A program made the position numbers and the translations under genes. This document shows, one piece after another, positions 23,710 to 33,899 of a DNA stretch of 64,000 nt (positions are counted from its first letter, which is position 1; each line of letters starts with the position of its first letter). The notes beneath the pieces were generated by a model. That model was not told the DNA's origin. It searched no databases and was given only the letters and a program-made list of their open reading frames with translations. The DNA is from Candidatus Poribacteria bacterium. GTDB taxonomy: Bacteria; Poribacteria; WGA-4E; WGA-3G. Location of the stretch: positions 768,001 to 832,000 of the forward strand of contig OZ219753.1 of the NCBI GenBank assembly GCA_964291315.2, written 5' to 3'.

Positions 23710-26343
23710 TCAAGTTGTAGGAGTTACTTCGGATGGGAGGTTCTCAATAATTTTGGCGGATTCAACGCTCATATAGACGATGCGTCTTATGGCGGTGATG
23801 AGGTCGCCGGGGTCCTCAAACCAACCGTTTGCGTCGTTAACGATTCCGCTGTCGCGGTCCCGTTTGATGCGATACCGGTCAATAAACCACTCTAGCGGTG
23901 TTCTGCCGTTAACGACATATTGGTGTGCCTCTTTTGGGATCCTGGCTAATTGGATGTATTCGTTGATGATGAGCGTGTGCTTTGTTTTTTTATCGGCAAA
24001 CCGCATCGCGCGCGTTCCGAGTAGAAAGTGCTCGGGTTTTACTCCGTAGAATAGAGAAAGGTCCCGGGGCTGGACTTTAAGCCCTTGATACTTTTGACAG
24101 GTTTCATAATTGAGGTGCAGTTTTGCGAGTGCTTTCCCAGCTTCAGCAAAGGCGCGAAAGTCTGGTGCGAATGGGATGCGCGGCAGCATTTTGGATAAAT
24201 CGTTTGCGAATCGTTCGGAATAACTGGGTGCATGCAGAATGCCGTAGACGTAGTCGAAGATGTCGTCTTTTGTGAGCGCCTCATCTTTGTAATGCTGCTG
24301 AAAGGCGCGCAGGGCGGTGTCTGAAATGTTGTCTACGCGCTCGGGTTGGCATGCGCCCGTTATCTGCTGTGTCTCTGAGGGTTTCGGATATCGCCACCGT
24401 GGGAAACATTGCGTTCCGGCTTCGTTAAGGTTAAGGTCTGCCATTACATCGGTTATTAGAACGGAAAAGTGGGTCTTCCATCCCTTGCCGGGGACACAAA
24501 TGACACGGTTTTCACTTGAATCTTCGGGGAACATTCTATCTATCAGTCCTTTTCTAGTAATAAAGGTGTAATCCGCGTAAAAATGAGTGGCAATGAAAGG
24601 GCGATACATACATCTTCTGATATACTTAGCATCGAAGGCGGTTTCTGTCTTCTTTTTCAAGTTATCCTTGAGTTCTTTATTCCATTTGACGTTTTTTGTG
24701 TAGTGTCCCGCCACTTGATCTGCTGTGCGTTGAGGGTTCTCCGAAAATTCGCGAAGTGCGGATAGATAGTCTTGTGTCATCTGTAGCGCGTTTTTGGCAA
24801 GAGTATCCCGTGAAAAATTGTAGACGTATGCGTCTTTGCCTGTTGACATTCCTGGCGAATACAGTTGAAGAATGGCATCATCCGTCTGACCTGCTTTTGT
24901 TTCTTTTGTACCGATCGGATAGAACGTAGCGAACGCATCGGTGCGCTGCTTAATCCAATCGTGGTGTCTATCGGGCGCGATGGTTTCCCAACCTGTGAAA
25001 CCTTTTATAGAGCCCGCTTCTTCTAGTGCTGCCAGCTTCTGCTCGCGGGTCAGATAATCGCCGATGTCTCGGTAGTGGATTTTGCATTCGTTGTGTGCTG
25101 CGTTTGAGTTCTTAACGAGGATTGTGATGGCCACGGGTGCGCGTGAACCGCTGCCAAATATCTTTCCACCCTCCCGACGTGATCTTTCCCCTTGCGTCCG
25201 CTGATCTCCGCGCAGATGCAGGACGTGGATTGAGCTGAATTCCTCTGCCAAGCACGCCCGAACGCCTGAATTCGACGTTCCTTCAATCCATGAGCCGTTG
25301 GTGACAAATGCGACGATGCCGTGTTGATTATTAATTCTATCGGAGGCCCAGCGGATTGCCATTTTGTAGGTATCGTAGAGGCTATTTTTCAGCTGTGCCG
25401 TGGAGCGCGCAGTATAAGTTTCCCTGACCCGCTCCCCAAGTTCGGGATATGCCACGTTTGGGTTGTTGTCTGCGGAACTGCGTTGTCCTGCTGACCAGGG
25501 CGGATTGCCGATGATCACTTGAATGGGGAGCTGCTGTTGCTGCTCGGCGCGCTGGTTGTTTTCTGCCATAAGGTCTTTCGGGAAGAGAGTGGGGTCTTCT
25601 GTTTTGTTCAGGTTGAAGGTGTCGGTCAGCACAATGCCGTCAAAGGGTTCGTAGCGGCTATCTCCGCCGCGCTGTGTGCGGAAGGCTTCTTCGATGTTGA
25701 CAGAGGCGATGTAGTAGGCGAGCAGGAGGATTTCGTTTGCGTGGAGCTCCTCGCGGTATTTGCGCTCAAGATCTTCTGGTTGGATGAGCCCGGATTGCAG
25801 CAGCTGCACCAGGAAAGTGCCGGTGCCGGTGAACGGGTCGAGGATATGCACGCCTTCGTCGCTGATAGATTTTCCGAATTCTGCTTGTAGTACCTCATTG
25901 ACGGTATGCAGGACGAAATCCACAACGGGTATGGGGGTGTAGGCGATCCCGAGTCGTTCAGACTCTTTTTTGAGTGCCTTCTTGAAAAATTGTTCGTAGA
26001 GGTCTGATAAGACGGTTTGTCGTCCTGCGGTGCTGTTGAGTCCGCTGACGCGGGTTCGGACGCTGTGATAGAAGGGTTGCAGGTCGCGTGTTTCGCTGCC
26101 GAGTCCGAATGTTGCGAACTGCTTTTCCAGGGCGTCTAGGGTCTGAGCGACGGGGTTGCCTGCTGAGAAGTCGTAGTCTACGAAAAGCGCGTCGAAGACG
26201 GGGCTGGTCAGGATGTGCTGTGCGATCATATCGATGGCGTTTTCGCGGGTAATTGAGGCGTTAATGGTCTCTTTAAGTTCTGCGTAGAAGCTTTCAAATC
26301 GTTGGTTGAGGGCGCTATTTTCGGGGTTTTTCAGGAGGTTCAC
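23710..26343 (-). CDS. Type ISP R-M enzyme, C-terminal part (coupler, MTase, TRD)
   Basis: LGIAYTP, DPFTGTG, HANEILLLAYY, GNPPWS; in frame with 26398-28518. Confidence 0.75.
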   Translation of the reverse strand: MNLLKNPENSALNQRFESFYAELKETINASITRENAIDMIAQHILTSPVFDALFVDYDFSAGNPVAQTLDALEKQFATFGLGSETRDLQPFYHSVRTRVSGLNSTAGRQTVLSDLYEQFFKKALKKESERLGIAYTPIPVVDFVLHTVNEVLQAEFGKSISDEGVHILDPFTGTGTFLVQLLQSGLIQPEDLERKYREELHANEILLLAYYIASVNIEEAFRTQRGGDSRYEPFDGIVLTDTFNLNKTEDPTLFPKDLMAENNQRAEQQQQLPIQVIIGNPPWSAGQRSSADNNPNVAYPELGERVRETYTARSTAQLKNSLYDTYKMAIRWASDRINNQHGIVAFVTNGSWIEGTSNSGVRACLAEEFSSIHVLHLRGDQRTQGERSRREGGKIFGSGSRAPVAITILVKNSNAAHNECKIHYRDIGDYLTREQKLAALEEAGSIKGFTGWETIAPDRHHDWIKQRTDAFATFYPIGTKETKAGQTDDAILQLYSPGMSTGKDAYVYNFSRDTLAKNALQMTQDYLSALREFSENPQRTADQVAGHYTKNVKWNKELKDNLKKKTETAFDAKYIRRCMYRPFIATHFYADYTFITRKGLIDRMFPEDSSENRVICVPGKGWKTHFSVLITDVMADLNLNEAGTQCFPRWRYPKPSETQQITGACQPERVDNISDTALRAFQQHYKDEALTKDDIFDYVYGILHAPSYSERFANDLSKMLPRIPFAPDFRAFAEAGKALAKLHLNYETCQKYQGLKVQPRDLSLFYGVKPEHFLLGTRAMRFADKKTKHTLIINEYIQLARIPKEAHQYVVNGRTPLEWFIDRYRIKRDRDSGIVNDANGWFEDPGDLITAIRRIVYMSVESAKIIENLPSEVTPTT

Positions 26344-26397
26344 GATTCGGTCGACGAGTCGGTTGAAGATGTGTGCGACGTCCTTTGCCCAGTTTTC

Positions 26398-28518
26398 TCA
26401 GTATCGTTTGTCGCCGCATTTTTCCACTATTTTTGAGAGGATGGCTTCTGCGGGAATTTCGATGGGTAAGAGAGTGAGTTGTTTGCCGGGCCATGCGGGG
26501 TCTTCGTCGCCTTTCCCGCCGATCACGATGGATTCGGGGAGCTGTTTATTGAGGTCGATGCTGTTAATTTTTGCGTCGAATCTGTCGTCGTGTGATCGGA
26601 GTGCGTTGAGGACGCTCCAGACGTTAGAGAATCGTTCGTTGTCGTTGAGGGCTTTTGCGGGGTCGGTATCGTCGGGTATAGCGACGGGCAGAATGACGTA
26701 TCCGTATTGCTTTCCTGGTGCTTTTCGCATGACGCGTCCGACTGCTTGCACAACGTCTATGTGGGATTTTCGGGGTTTATAGAAGATGACGGCGTCGAGT
26801 GCTGGGATGTCGATTCCTTCGGAGAGACATCTGGCATTTGAGAGGATTCTGCAGACGCTGTCGTCTTCATCTTCGCTCTTGAGCCAATCGAGGCGTATTT
26901 TTCTGTTGAGTGCGTGGTCTGTTCCGTCGACGTGCTTGGTTTCGCAGTGGAAGTTGTTGGGCTGTTCTTCTTCTGGGAGTTTTTCGAGGGCATCTTCAAC
27001 GACAGCGTTCCAATAATTGGCGAGTGCCTTTGATTCGCTAATTTTGTTTGTGAATGCGATAACGCGTCTGAGGGGTCTCAGCGTTTGGTCATCAGTGTGC
27101 TTGTTCTCGGGATTTTGTAAGGCGCGCCAGCATCCGATAATTCGGGTGGCGTCGTTGATATTAATTTCGCTGCTGTATTTGCCGGTATCGCCGCTGAGTT
27201 TATCGGTGACTTCATTTTCTGATATGCCGAAGATAGCGACTTTGTAGTCGGCGAGTTCCCCGATTTCGACGGCTTTGGAGAATCGGAGTCGGTGGAATTC
27301 GGGTCCATATTTTTCTTGGTCGTCCATAGAGAAGACTTCTGCGTTATAGTCTGCGGCTTTTTTCTTGGTGGTATCGGCATGAATTCTGGGCGTGGCGGTC
27401 ATATAGAGGCGTTTATTTGCGTGAATTCGGTTGGCATCGTGGACGAGAATAAAGGGCGAGGTTTTGTCGCCGGGTGTATCAATACCGGTGGTTCTGTGTG
27501 CTTCATCACAGAAAATTATATCAAAAGGTGGTGCGCCTTCGGCTTGTGCGGTTTCAATTAGCGGTAGCGACTGATAGGTGCAGAAAACGACTTTCATTTT
27601 ATCGCTGTCAGCGTGCTGCAGTACCTCGGAGATTGCGGCTGGGTCTGTGGTAACGGGGATTTTCAGTTCTTGGATAGACGAGTCCTCGGCGGTGTTTCCT
27701 GCGCGTGTATCGGAGCAGATGCCGATGTAGCTGTGGGGGCGTCCGCGTTGTTCTGAGAATTCACGCATTGCTTGTGAGAGCAGGCTGATAGAGGGGACGA
27801 GGTATAGCACGCTGCCGCCGGCTCCGGCGATGTATTCAGCGATGTTGAGGGCGGTGAAGGTTTTGCCGGTGCCGCATGCCATGATAAGTTTGCCGCGGTC
27901 GGCTTGTTTGAAGCCGTTGATAACGTCATCAAACGCCTCTCGCTGATGGTCCTTTAGGTGGAATCGTTTCTGTTTGTAGGTGAGCTGCTCTGGCTCCTGG
28001 AGGCTCAGATCGGGCCATTCGAAGGGGCTGTTTTCAAGGTCGCTGAATCGGATGATTCGGAATGTCTCTTTTAGGGGTGCGATTGTTCGGAGGGCGTTTT
28101 GTCCTATTTCGCCGCCTGTATGGACGAGGATTTGTGAGTTAAAGAGGTCGCTTGCGGAGGCGGAGATGAATGAGTCGATATCAGGTTTTGAGATGCGTGT
28201 GGTTTCTTCGTAGCATTTGCATTGAATGGCGCAGCGTCCGCCGTCGTGTTTTTCTGCGACGAGGTCGATGCCGATATCTGTGCCGTCGAACTCTGATCGT
28301 TGTGCTGCCCATTCTTTCCAGAGGTAGACTTCGGAGAATTGTTCTTTATAGTCTGGGTCTTCGGTGAAATATTTCTGCATCAAGCGTTCGAAGAGTTCGC
28401 CCTTTTTTCTTTCGGATTGGGCTTTCTCGCGGATATACTCAAGGACTTTTTGGAAGCCGGTGTTGGTCTGCTGACTTCTGGTTTGGCGGTCTAGATAGTT
28501 TTGTGTTGCGTTTGGCAT
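26398..28518 (-). CDS. Type ISP R-M enzyme, N-terminal part (Mrr-like nuclease plus SF2 helicase/ATPase)
   Basis: DIGIDLVA..AIQCK; MACGTGKT, DEAH, MTATP, QAVGRVMR. Confidence 0.8.
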   Translation of the reverse strand: MPNATQNYLDRQTRSQQTNTGFQKVLEYIREKAQSERKKGELFERLMQKYFTEDPDYKEQFSEVYLWKEWAAQRSEFDGTDIGIDLVAEKHDGGRCAIQCKCYEETTRISKPDIDSFISASASDLFNSQILVHTGGEIGQNALRTIAPLKETFRIIRFSDLENSPFEWPDLSLQEPEQLTYKQKRFHLKDHQREAFDDVINGFKQADRGKLIMACGTGKTFTALNIAEYIAGAGGSVLYLVPSISLLSQAMREFSEQRGRPHSYIGICSDTRAGNTAEDSSIQELKIPVTTDPAAISEVLQHADSDKMKVVFCTYQSLPLIETAQAEGAPPFDIIFCDEAHRTTGIDTPGDKTSPFILVHDANRIHANKRLYMTATPRIHADTTKKKAADYNAEVFSMDDQEKYGPEFHRLRFSKAVEIGELADYKVAIFGISENEVTDKLSGDTGKYSSEININDATRIIGCWRALQNPENKHTDDQTLRPLRRVIAFTNKISESKALANYWNAVVEDALEKLPEEEQPNNFHCETKHVDGTDHALNRKIRLDWLKSEDEDDSVCRILSNARCLSEGIDIPALDAVIFYKPRKSHIDVVQAVGRVMRKAPGKQYGYVILPVAIPDDTDPAKALNDNERFSNVWSVLNALRSHDDRFDAKINSIDLNKQLPESIVIGGKGDEDPAWPGKQLTLLPIEIPAEAILSKIVEKCGDKRY

Positions 28519-28793
28519 AGCGGGTTTTCACTTTCCCTGTAAATGTGACAGGATATGAATACGGATAACGCGGGTTTGATAAATATGGGGCTTATCTTTG
28601 ATAAAAACCCCTTGCACAACCTAAAATATAGGTATAGTGAGAGAATGTAGGTATATTTTAGCATTTATTAGGGTAACTTGCAAGTGTGAAGTTTGTGAAA
28701 AATAAATGTGGCAAGGAAGGGTCAAGGCTGCTATAATTATCTTAAAGTTCTTTTTATTAGTTTTAACGTTACAAATAGATAAAGAAAAAATAG

Positions 28794-30206
28794 ATGAGGA
28801 GGAACAGCAATTTGCACTACCGAAAACCGAATGTGTGGAGCGGTTTGCCAATCAAAACTGGGTATTCAGAAATTGGGAGGTTTGGGAGCCGAAATTTGCT
28901 ATTCAAAGGTGGGTTATTTATCTGGCTTGTTCTGCTTGCATTTCCGCTTCAGGCGCTTGCGGGCGATTGGCCAAGCTGGCGTGGCCCGAATCAAGATGGT
29001 ACTTCTGCTGAGACTGGGTTGATCTCGGATTGGTCGGTTGAAGGCGAAAACCTGCTGTGGAAGACAGCATTTGTAGGGCGTTCTACGCCGGTGGTCCTTA
29101 ACGGCCGGGTATACGTCATGGGTCGCGTCGGCAAGGATATTACTGAGCAGGAGCGGGTGGCTTGTTTCGATGCGGAGACCGGTGAGCTGCTTTGGAATTA
29201 TCAGTTCAACGTTTTTCACACCACAATCACTTTCAATCGGGTTGGTTGGACGAGTCTTGTGGGCGATCCGGAGACGGGTCATATCTATGCGCATGGTGTG
29301 CAGGGGCTCTTTTTCTGTTTCGACAAGGACGGGCGTGTTCTGTGGTCTCGTTCGCTCACAGAAGAATATGGGCGGATATCGGGTTACGGCGGTCGCGTTC
29401 ATACGCCTATTCTTGCGGGTGATCTCGTTGTGATTAGCTTTCTCAATGCGGGTTGGGGTGATCAAGCGGTTACTCGGCATCGTTATTTCGCTTTCGACAA
29501 ACGGACGGGTGAGCTTATCTGGATTTCAACGCCGGGTGGTAGGCCCTTAGACACGACTTATTCTACCCCGGTTGTGGCTGACATTAACGGTCAGCGGCTG
29601 ATCATCGGTGGGAACGCTGATGGCGGCATCTACGGTATGCAGCAGAGTACGGGTGCGATGGTTTGGGGATTTAAATTGAGTCAGCGGGGCATTAACACGT
29701 CTGTGGTGGTTTCGGGATCGAAGGTCTACGCCTCACACAGCGAAGAAAATATAGACAATACTGAGATGGGTCGCGTTGTGTGTATAGATGCGACGGGTGC
29801 TGGGGATGTCACTGAAACGCATGAAGTTTGGCGGTATGATGGTATTAATGTTGGTTATGCGTCGCCTGCGCTTCAGGGTGGGCGGCTCTATGTTGTGGAT
29901 AATTCTGCCAACGTTCATGCGTTTAATGCTGATACGGGGGAGCGGCTCTGGTTACATAACATCGGTAAAGTCGGGAAGGGTTCGCCTGTTTGGGCAGACG
30001 GTAAGCTCTATGTTCCGGAAGTCAACGGGGTATTTGTTATTCTGCGGCCTGGTGAGACGAGCTGCGAGACGCTCAGCAGCGAGGAGATAGATCGGACAGC
30101 CGAGGATCATTACGTTGAAATTTTCGGTTCGCCGGCTATAGCGAACGGACGGATTTACTTTACTACAGAAGAGCACCTCTATTGTCTTGGGAGGAAGACG
30201 GACTGA
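28794..30206 (+). CDS. PQQ-like (BamB-like) beta-propeller protein; start uncertain
   Basis: DWPSWRG after the signal peptide; repeated DxxTGxxxW and SP motifs. Confidence 0.85.
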   Translation: MRRNSNLHYRKPNVWSGLPIKTGYSEIGRFGSRNLLFKGGLFIWLVLLAFPLQALAGDWPSWRGPNQDGTSAETGLISDWSVEGENLLWKTAFVGRSTPVVLNGRVYVMGRVGKDITEQERVACFDAETGELLWNYQFNVFHTTITFNRVGWTSLVGDPETGHIYAHGVQGLFFCFDKDGRVLWSRSLTEEYGRISGYGGRVHTPILAGDLVVISFLNAGWGDQAVTRHRYFAFDKRTGELIWISTPGGRPLDTTYSTPVVADINGQRLIIGGNADGGIYGMQQSTGAMVWGFKLSQRGINTSVVVSGSKVYASHSEENIDNTEMGRVVCIDATGAGDVTETHEVWRYDGINVGYASPALQGGRLYVVDNSANVHAFNADTGERLWLHNIGKVGKGSPVWADGKLYVPEVNGVFVILRPGETSCETLSSEEIDRTAEDHYVEIFGSPAIANGRIYFTTEEHLYCLGRKTD

Positions 30207-31126
30207 TGCGAATTTCTATTCTGATTTATGGGTTGTTGATTGTATGTGTGCTTGCCGTGGGTTGCGCGAAGAAAGAGATACTCCCCGAGCCCGTGGCGCT
30301 GTCGACGGCTCCTGCTGTTTCACTTCTGATTACGCCGGCTGAGGCGCTTACTTCTGGTGAGCCGGTTGAATTCAGTGTTATCGGTTTTGATGCGAACGGC
30401 GAGCGGACGAGTGGTTTGGTTGCGTTGGCGTGGACGCAAACGGGTTTAAGCGGTATCTTGCGAGACAGTGAATTTACCCCGGCTGCGGGTTCGGTTGCGC
30501 ATGCGGGCGAGGTTACCGTGCAATCGGGTGCTATGAAGGCGATGGCGCGGGTTCGGGTCATTCCGTCTCTTCCGTGGACGGAGGATTTTGAGGCGGTTGC
30601 GCTGGAAAAGATTCCGACGCATTGGATTGGTGCGGCTGGCAAATTCTTTGTGCGTGAGAGAGATGGGAACAAAGTCTTGGTCAAAACGCCTGCGAGGGTC
30701 GGTTTAGACCGGTCTAATGTGTATATTGGTCCTGCGACGATGACGGGTTATCAGATTCAAATTGATCTGATGGGTACAAAGAACAGGCGTAAGTTGCCGG
30801 ATATGGGTCTCATAGCAAATCGTTACACGTTGGATATGCAGGGTAGGCATCAACGTTTGCAGATTCGTTCTTGGGCGTCGGACTTACGGATGGCAGAGAC
30901 GATTGATTTTTCTTGGGAGACGGATGTCTGGTACACAATGAAAATGATGGTAGAAATTACGGATGACAAGGCGTTGATTCGTGGCAAGGTCTGGCGGCGC
31001 GGTGATCCTGAGCCGGGTGAGTGGACGATCACAGCTGAGGATCCGTTGCCGAATCGCGAGGGGAGTCCGGGTATCTATGGTTATTCTCCGGCGAATATCT
31101 ATTATGACAATCTTAAAGTATGGTAG
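30206..31126 (+). CDS. Lipoprotein with Ig-like and concanavalin-like beta-sandwich domains, unknown function
   Basis: TGATG stop/start overlap; lipobox LAVGC; WTEDFE...WYTMK...GKVW...YYDNL. Confidence 0.7.
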   Translation: MRISILIYGLLIVCVLAVGCAKKEILPEPVALSTAPAVSLLITPAEALTSGEPVEFSVIGFDANGERTSGLVALAWTQTGLSGILRDSEFTPAAGSVAHAGEVTVQSGAMKAMARVRVIPSLPWTEDFEAVALEKIPTHWIGAAGKFFVRERDGNKVLVKTPARVGLDRSNVYIGPATMTGYQIQIDLMGTKNRRKLPDMGLIANRYTLDMQGRHQRLQIRSWASDLRMAETIDFSWETDVWYTMKMMVEITDDKALIRGKVWRRGDPEPGEWTITAEDPLPNREGSPGIYGYSPANIYYDNLKVW

Positions 31127-31172
31127 CACTAGATAATAGTGTGCGTAATATGAAGACAAAGGAGTTGTTGAA

Positions 31173-32627
31173 TTGAATTTTTTTTGGAAATCACGATGTG
31201 CTGGCATCATAAAGCTTGTGGTTCTTTTTAGTTTTGCGGTAGCTGCGGCTTCGGCAGAGGAAGAGATTGCGTTGTGGGGTGGCACGTTGAGTCGTAACAT
31301 GGTCTCTGAGGAAGAGGGTATCGCGGCGAGTTGGGATTTAGCGAGCGGTGAGAATATTAAGTGGATGGCGGAGCTCGGTTCACAAAGTTATGCGGGGCCG
31401 CTCATCATTGGTGGCAAAGTTTTTGTTGGTACGAACAATAAGGCGCTCCGCAATCCGAAGTTGACGGGTGACCGCGGGGTCATCAAGGCCTTTAACGAGT
31501 CGGATGGCAAATTTCTGTGGCAGTCGACGCACACGAAATTGACCTCTGGGCGGGTTAATGACTGGCCGCTGCAAGGCATCTGTTCGACGCCGTTTATTGA
31601 GGGCGATCGGCTCTATTACGTTTCTAATCGTTGCGAAGTTGTCTGTATTGACACAGAAGGGTTTTTGGATGGTGAGAACGATGGTCCATTTACTGAAGAG
31701 GCTGAAACGAGCGAGATAGATGCGGACATTATCTGGGTTTATGATATGATGGCGGAGTTGGATGTTTTCCCACATAATCTTGCTACGTGTTCCCCGTTGG
31801 CTGTCGGCGATCTTCTGTTTTTGGAAACAAGTAACGGGGTTGATGAGGGGCATATCCATATTCCTTCCCCGGATGCGCCGTCTTTCATCGCTTTGAATAA
31901 GCAGACGGGGGAGCTTGTGTGGGAGGATGCTTCGCCGGGAGAAAATATACTGCATGGGCAGTGGTCAAACCCGGCTTATGGTGTCATCAATGGTGTTCCG
32001 CAGGTTATTATCCCGGGTGGTGATGGCTGGGTTTATGCGTTTGTGCCTGAAACCGGTGCCATCATTTGGAAGTTTGATTGTAATCCGAAAGATTCTGTTT
32101 GGAAACTTGGAGGGCGTGGGACACGCAACAATGTTATTTCAACGCCTGTTATCTATGATGGGAAGGTGTTTGTTGCTGTGGGTCAGGATCCTGAGCATGG
32201 CGAAGGGGTAGGGCACCTCTGGTGTATTGACGCATCACAGACGGGTGATATTACTGAGACAGGTGCGGTCTGGCACTTCGGTGATGAGCAGTTCAATCGT
32301 ACGATGTCCACTGTAGCGATTGCTGATGGTCTCTTGTATGTGTCGGATCTGAGTGGTTTTCTCTACTGTTTAGATGTAAACACGGGTGATCTTTACTGGA
32401 AGCATGACACTTTTGCGGCTATCTGGGGTTCGCCTTACGTTGTAGATGGTAAAGTTTATCTTGGCGATGAAGACGGTGATGTGGTTGTGCTCAAAGCGGG
32501 AAAAACGAAGCAGTTGCTCTTTGAAACGAACATGAGTAGTGCTGTCTATACGACTCCGGTTGCAAAGGATGGTGTGCTCTACATTGTTACTCGTAATACA
32601 CTGATTGCGATAGAGGAGAAGAGATAA
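31173..32627 (+). CDS. PQQ-like beta-propeller protein
   Basis: WGGTLSRN, NIKW, ELGSQSY, VGTNN and repeated TG..W motifs. Confidence 0.85.
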   Translation: MNFFWKSRCAGIIKLVVLFSFAVAAASAEEEIALWGGTLSRNMVSEEEGIAASWDLASGENIKWMAELGSQSYAGPLIIGGKVFVGTNNKALRNPKLTGDRGVIKAFNESDGKFLWQSTHTKLTSGRVNDWPLQGICSTPFIEGDRLYYVSNRCEVVCIDTEGFLDGENDGPFTEEAETSEIDADIIWVYDMMAELDVFPHNLATCSPLAVGDLLFLETSNGVDEGHIHIPSPDAPSFIALNKQTGELVWEDASPGENILHGQWSNPAYGVINGVPQVIIPGGDGWVYAFVPETGAIIWKFDCNPKDSVWKLGGRGTRNNVISTPVIYDGKVFVAVGQDPEHGEGVGHLWCIDASQTGDITETGAVWHFGDEQFNRTMSTVAIADGLLYVSDLSGFLYCLDVNTGDLYWKHDTFAAIWGSPYVVDGKVYLGDEDGDVVVLKAGKTKQLLFETNMSSAVYTTPVAKDGVLYIVTRNTLIAIEEKR

Positions 32628-32710
32628 GGTCGTTAATTTGAGTGAACGGTTCAGAGAGTCGGTTATGACTTGACAAGTGCCAGGTAGATGGCGCTGTGTA
32701 AAAGGTTTTT

Positions 32711-33790
32711 ATGCAAATGAAATTGCTTCGAAAAGTTGCTGATGCCCAAAAGGCGCTTGATGCTCATGTGAGGGAGATGGTCAAATGGCACTTTAGTCCA
32801 AAGACTGGTTCTCCGTTCTGGTTGGCATTCGCGGAGAGGCTTGACTTCAATCCGAGAAAAGAGATTAGGGGTTACGCTGATCTCAAGTGTCTTGGGCATT
32901 TCCAAGATGAATGGCTTCGTGGGGGTCCTGTTCGGCAGTGGGTGCCTAAGGCTTATGCGGATGAACCAATTTACGTTTTTGAGACGGGTGGTTCGACGGG
33001 TGTTCCTAAAACTCGGACTAGTGTTCGAGATTTTCAGATCGATTATGAATTGTTTAGCGAAACGTTGTCCGGTGTGGGTTTTCCGCTGGGTGGTGATTGG
33101 CTGATGTTGGGACCGACGGGCCCGCGCCGCTTGCGTCTGGCTGTTGAGCATCTTGCTCAGCATCGGGGCGGTATCTGTTTCCATGTGGATGTGGATCCGC
33201 GTTGGGTGAACCAGCTTGTGCGTTACGGGAGAAATGAGGAGTTGGCGGCGTATAAAAACCATGTTGTATCACAGGCGCTCAACGTGCTGCGTGCGCATGA
33301 AAACGTTCGGTGTCTTTTCACAACGCCGAAGCTATTGGAGGCGTTGTGTGAGAAGATCTCATTGCCAAAAGTGGGTATCAGCGGTATTTTCTGTGGTGGC
33401 ACTGAGATGGATGCGCAGTTTCATCGCTTTGCGCGTGAGGAGCTTGTGCCGGGGATAGATTTTGTCCCGACGTATGGCAACACGTTGATGGGGTTGGCGA
33501 CTTGCAAACCGTTTGATCCGGCGGATAACTATGCGATTATCTACTATCCGCCGCAGCCGCGGGCTGTCATTGAGTTGGTTAACCCGGAAAATCCGGAGGA
33601 GTCTGTGGCTTACGGTGAAACGGGCCGCGTCATGTTGACGACATTGACGAAGGAATTTTTCATGCCGCGTTTTTTGGAGCGTGATGAGGCTGAGCGTGCT
33701 GAGCCGATTCTGGAGTATCCGTGGGACGGTGTTGAGAGTCTGCGTCTCCTCACTGAACTCCAGGAGAGCGTTGTCGTAGGGGTTTATTAA
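32711..33790 (+). CDS. EhpF/LuxE-like truncated adenylate-forming enzyme
   Basis: WHF..TGSPFW, ETGGSTGVPK P-loop, YGNT, GETGRV, ERD; lacks the C-terminal lid of full-length CoA ligases. Confidence 0.75.
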   Translation: MQMKLLRKVADAQKALDAHVREMVKWHFSPKTGSPFWLAFAERLDFNPRKEIRGYADLKCLGHFQDEWLRGGPVRQWVPKAYADEPIYVFETGGSTGVPKTRTSVRDFQIDYELFSETLSGVGFPLGGDWLMLGPTGPRRLRLAVEHLAQHRGGICFHVDVDPRWVNQLVRYGRNEELAAYKNHVVSQALNVLRAHENVRCLFTTPKLLEALCEKISLPKVGISGIFCGGTEMDAQFHRFAREELVPGIDFVPTYGNTLMGLATCKPFDPADNYAIIYYPPQPRAVIELVNPENPEESVAYGETGRVMLTTLTKEFFMPRFLERDEAERAEPILEYPWDGVESLRLLTELQESVVVGVY

Positions 33791-33899
33791 CCGGGTATAG
33801 ATTCACACGAGTGGTCTGCTCCGATTCAATGGGCTCTTGTCTGAAAAACCTAACGGGTTTCGCAAAGACTTATAATCCCCCAAGAGGTGTTTAAATAGT

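Larger units (their letters stand above)
23710..28518 (-). pseudogene. Full Type ISP (LlaGI/LlaBIII-like) gene interrupted by one in-frame TGA at 26398-26400
   Basis: Reads ...GDKRY*ENWAKDVA... in one frame; the family motif there is YWExWAxDVA. Confidence 0.8.

Noticed and set aside
26398-26400. Genome-wide UGA recoding or selenocysteine
   Set aside because: Several genes clearly end at TGA (6697, 9129, 14756); the position is a conserved Trp rather than Cys, and no SECIS hairpin is evident.
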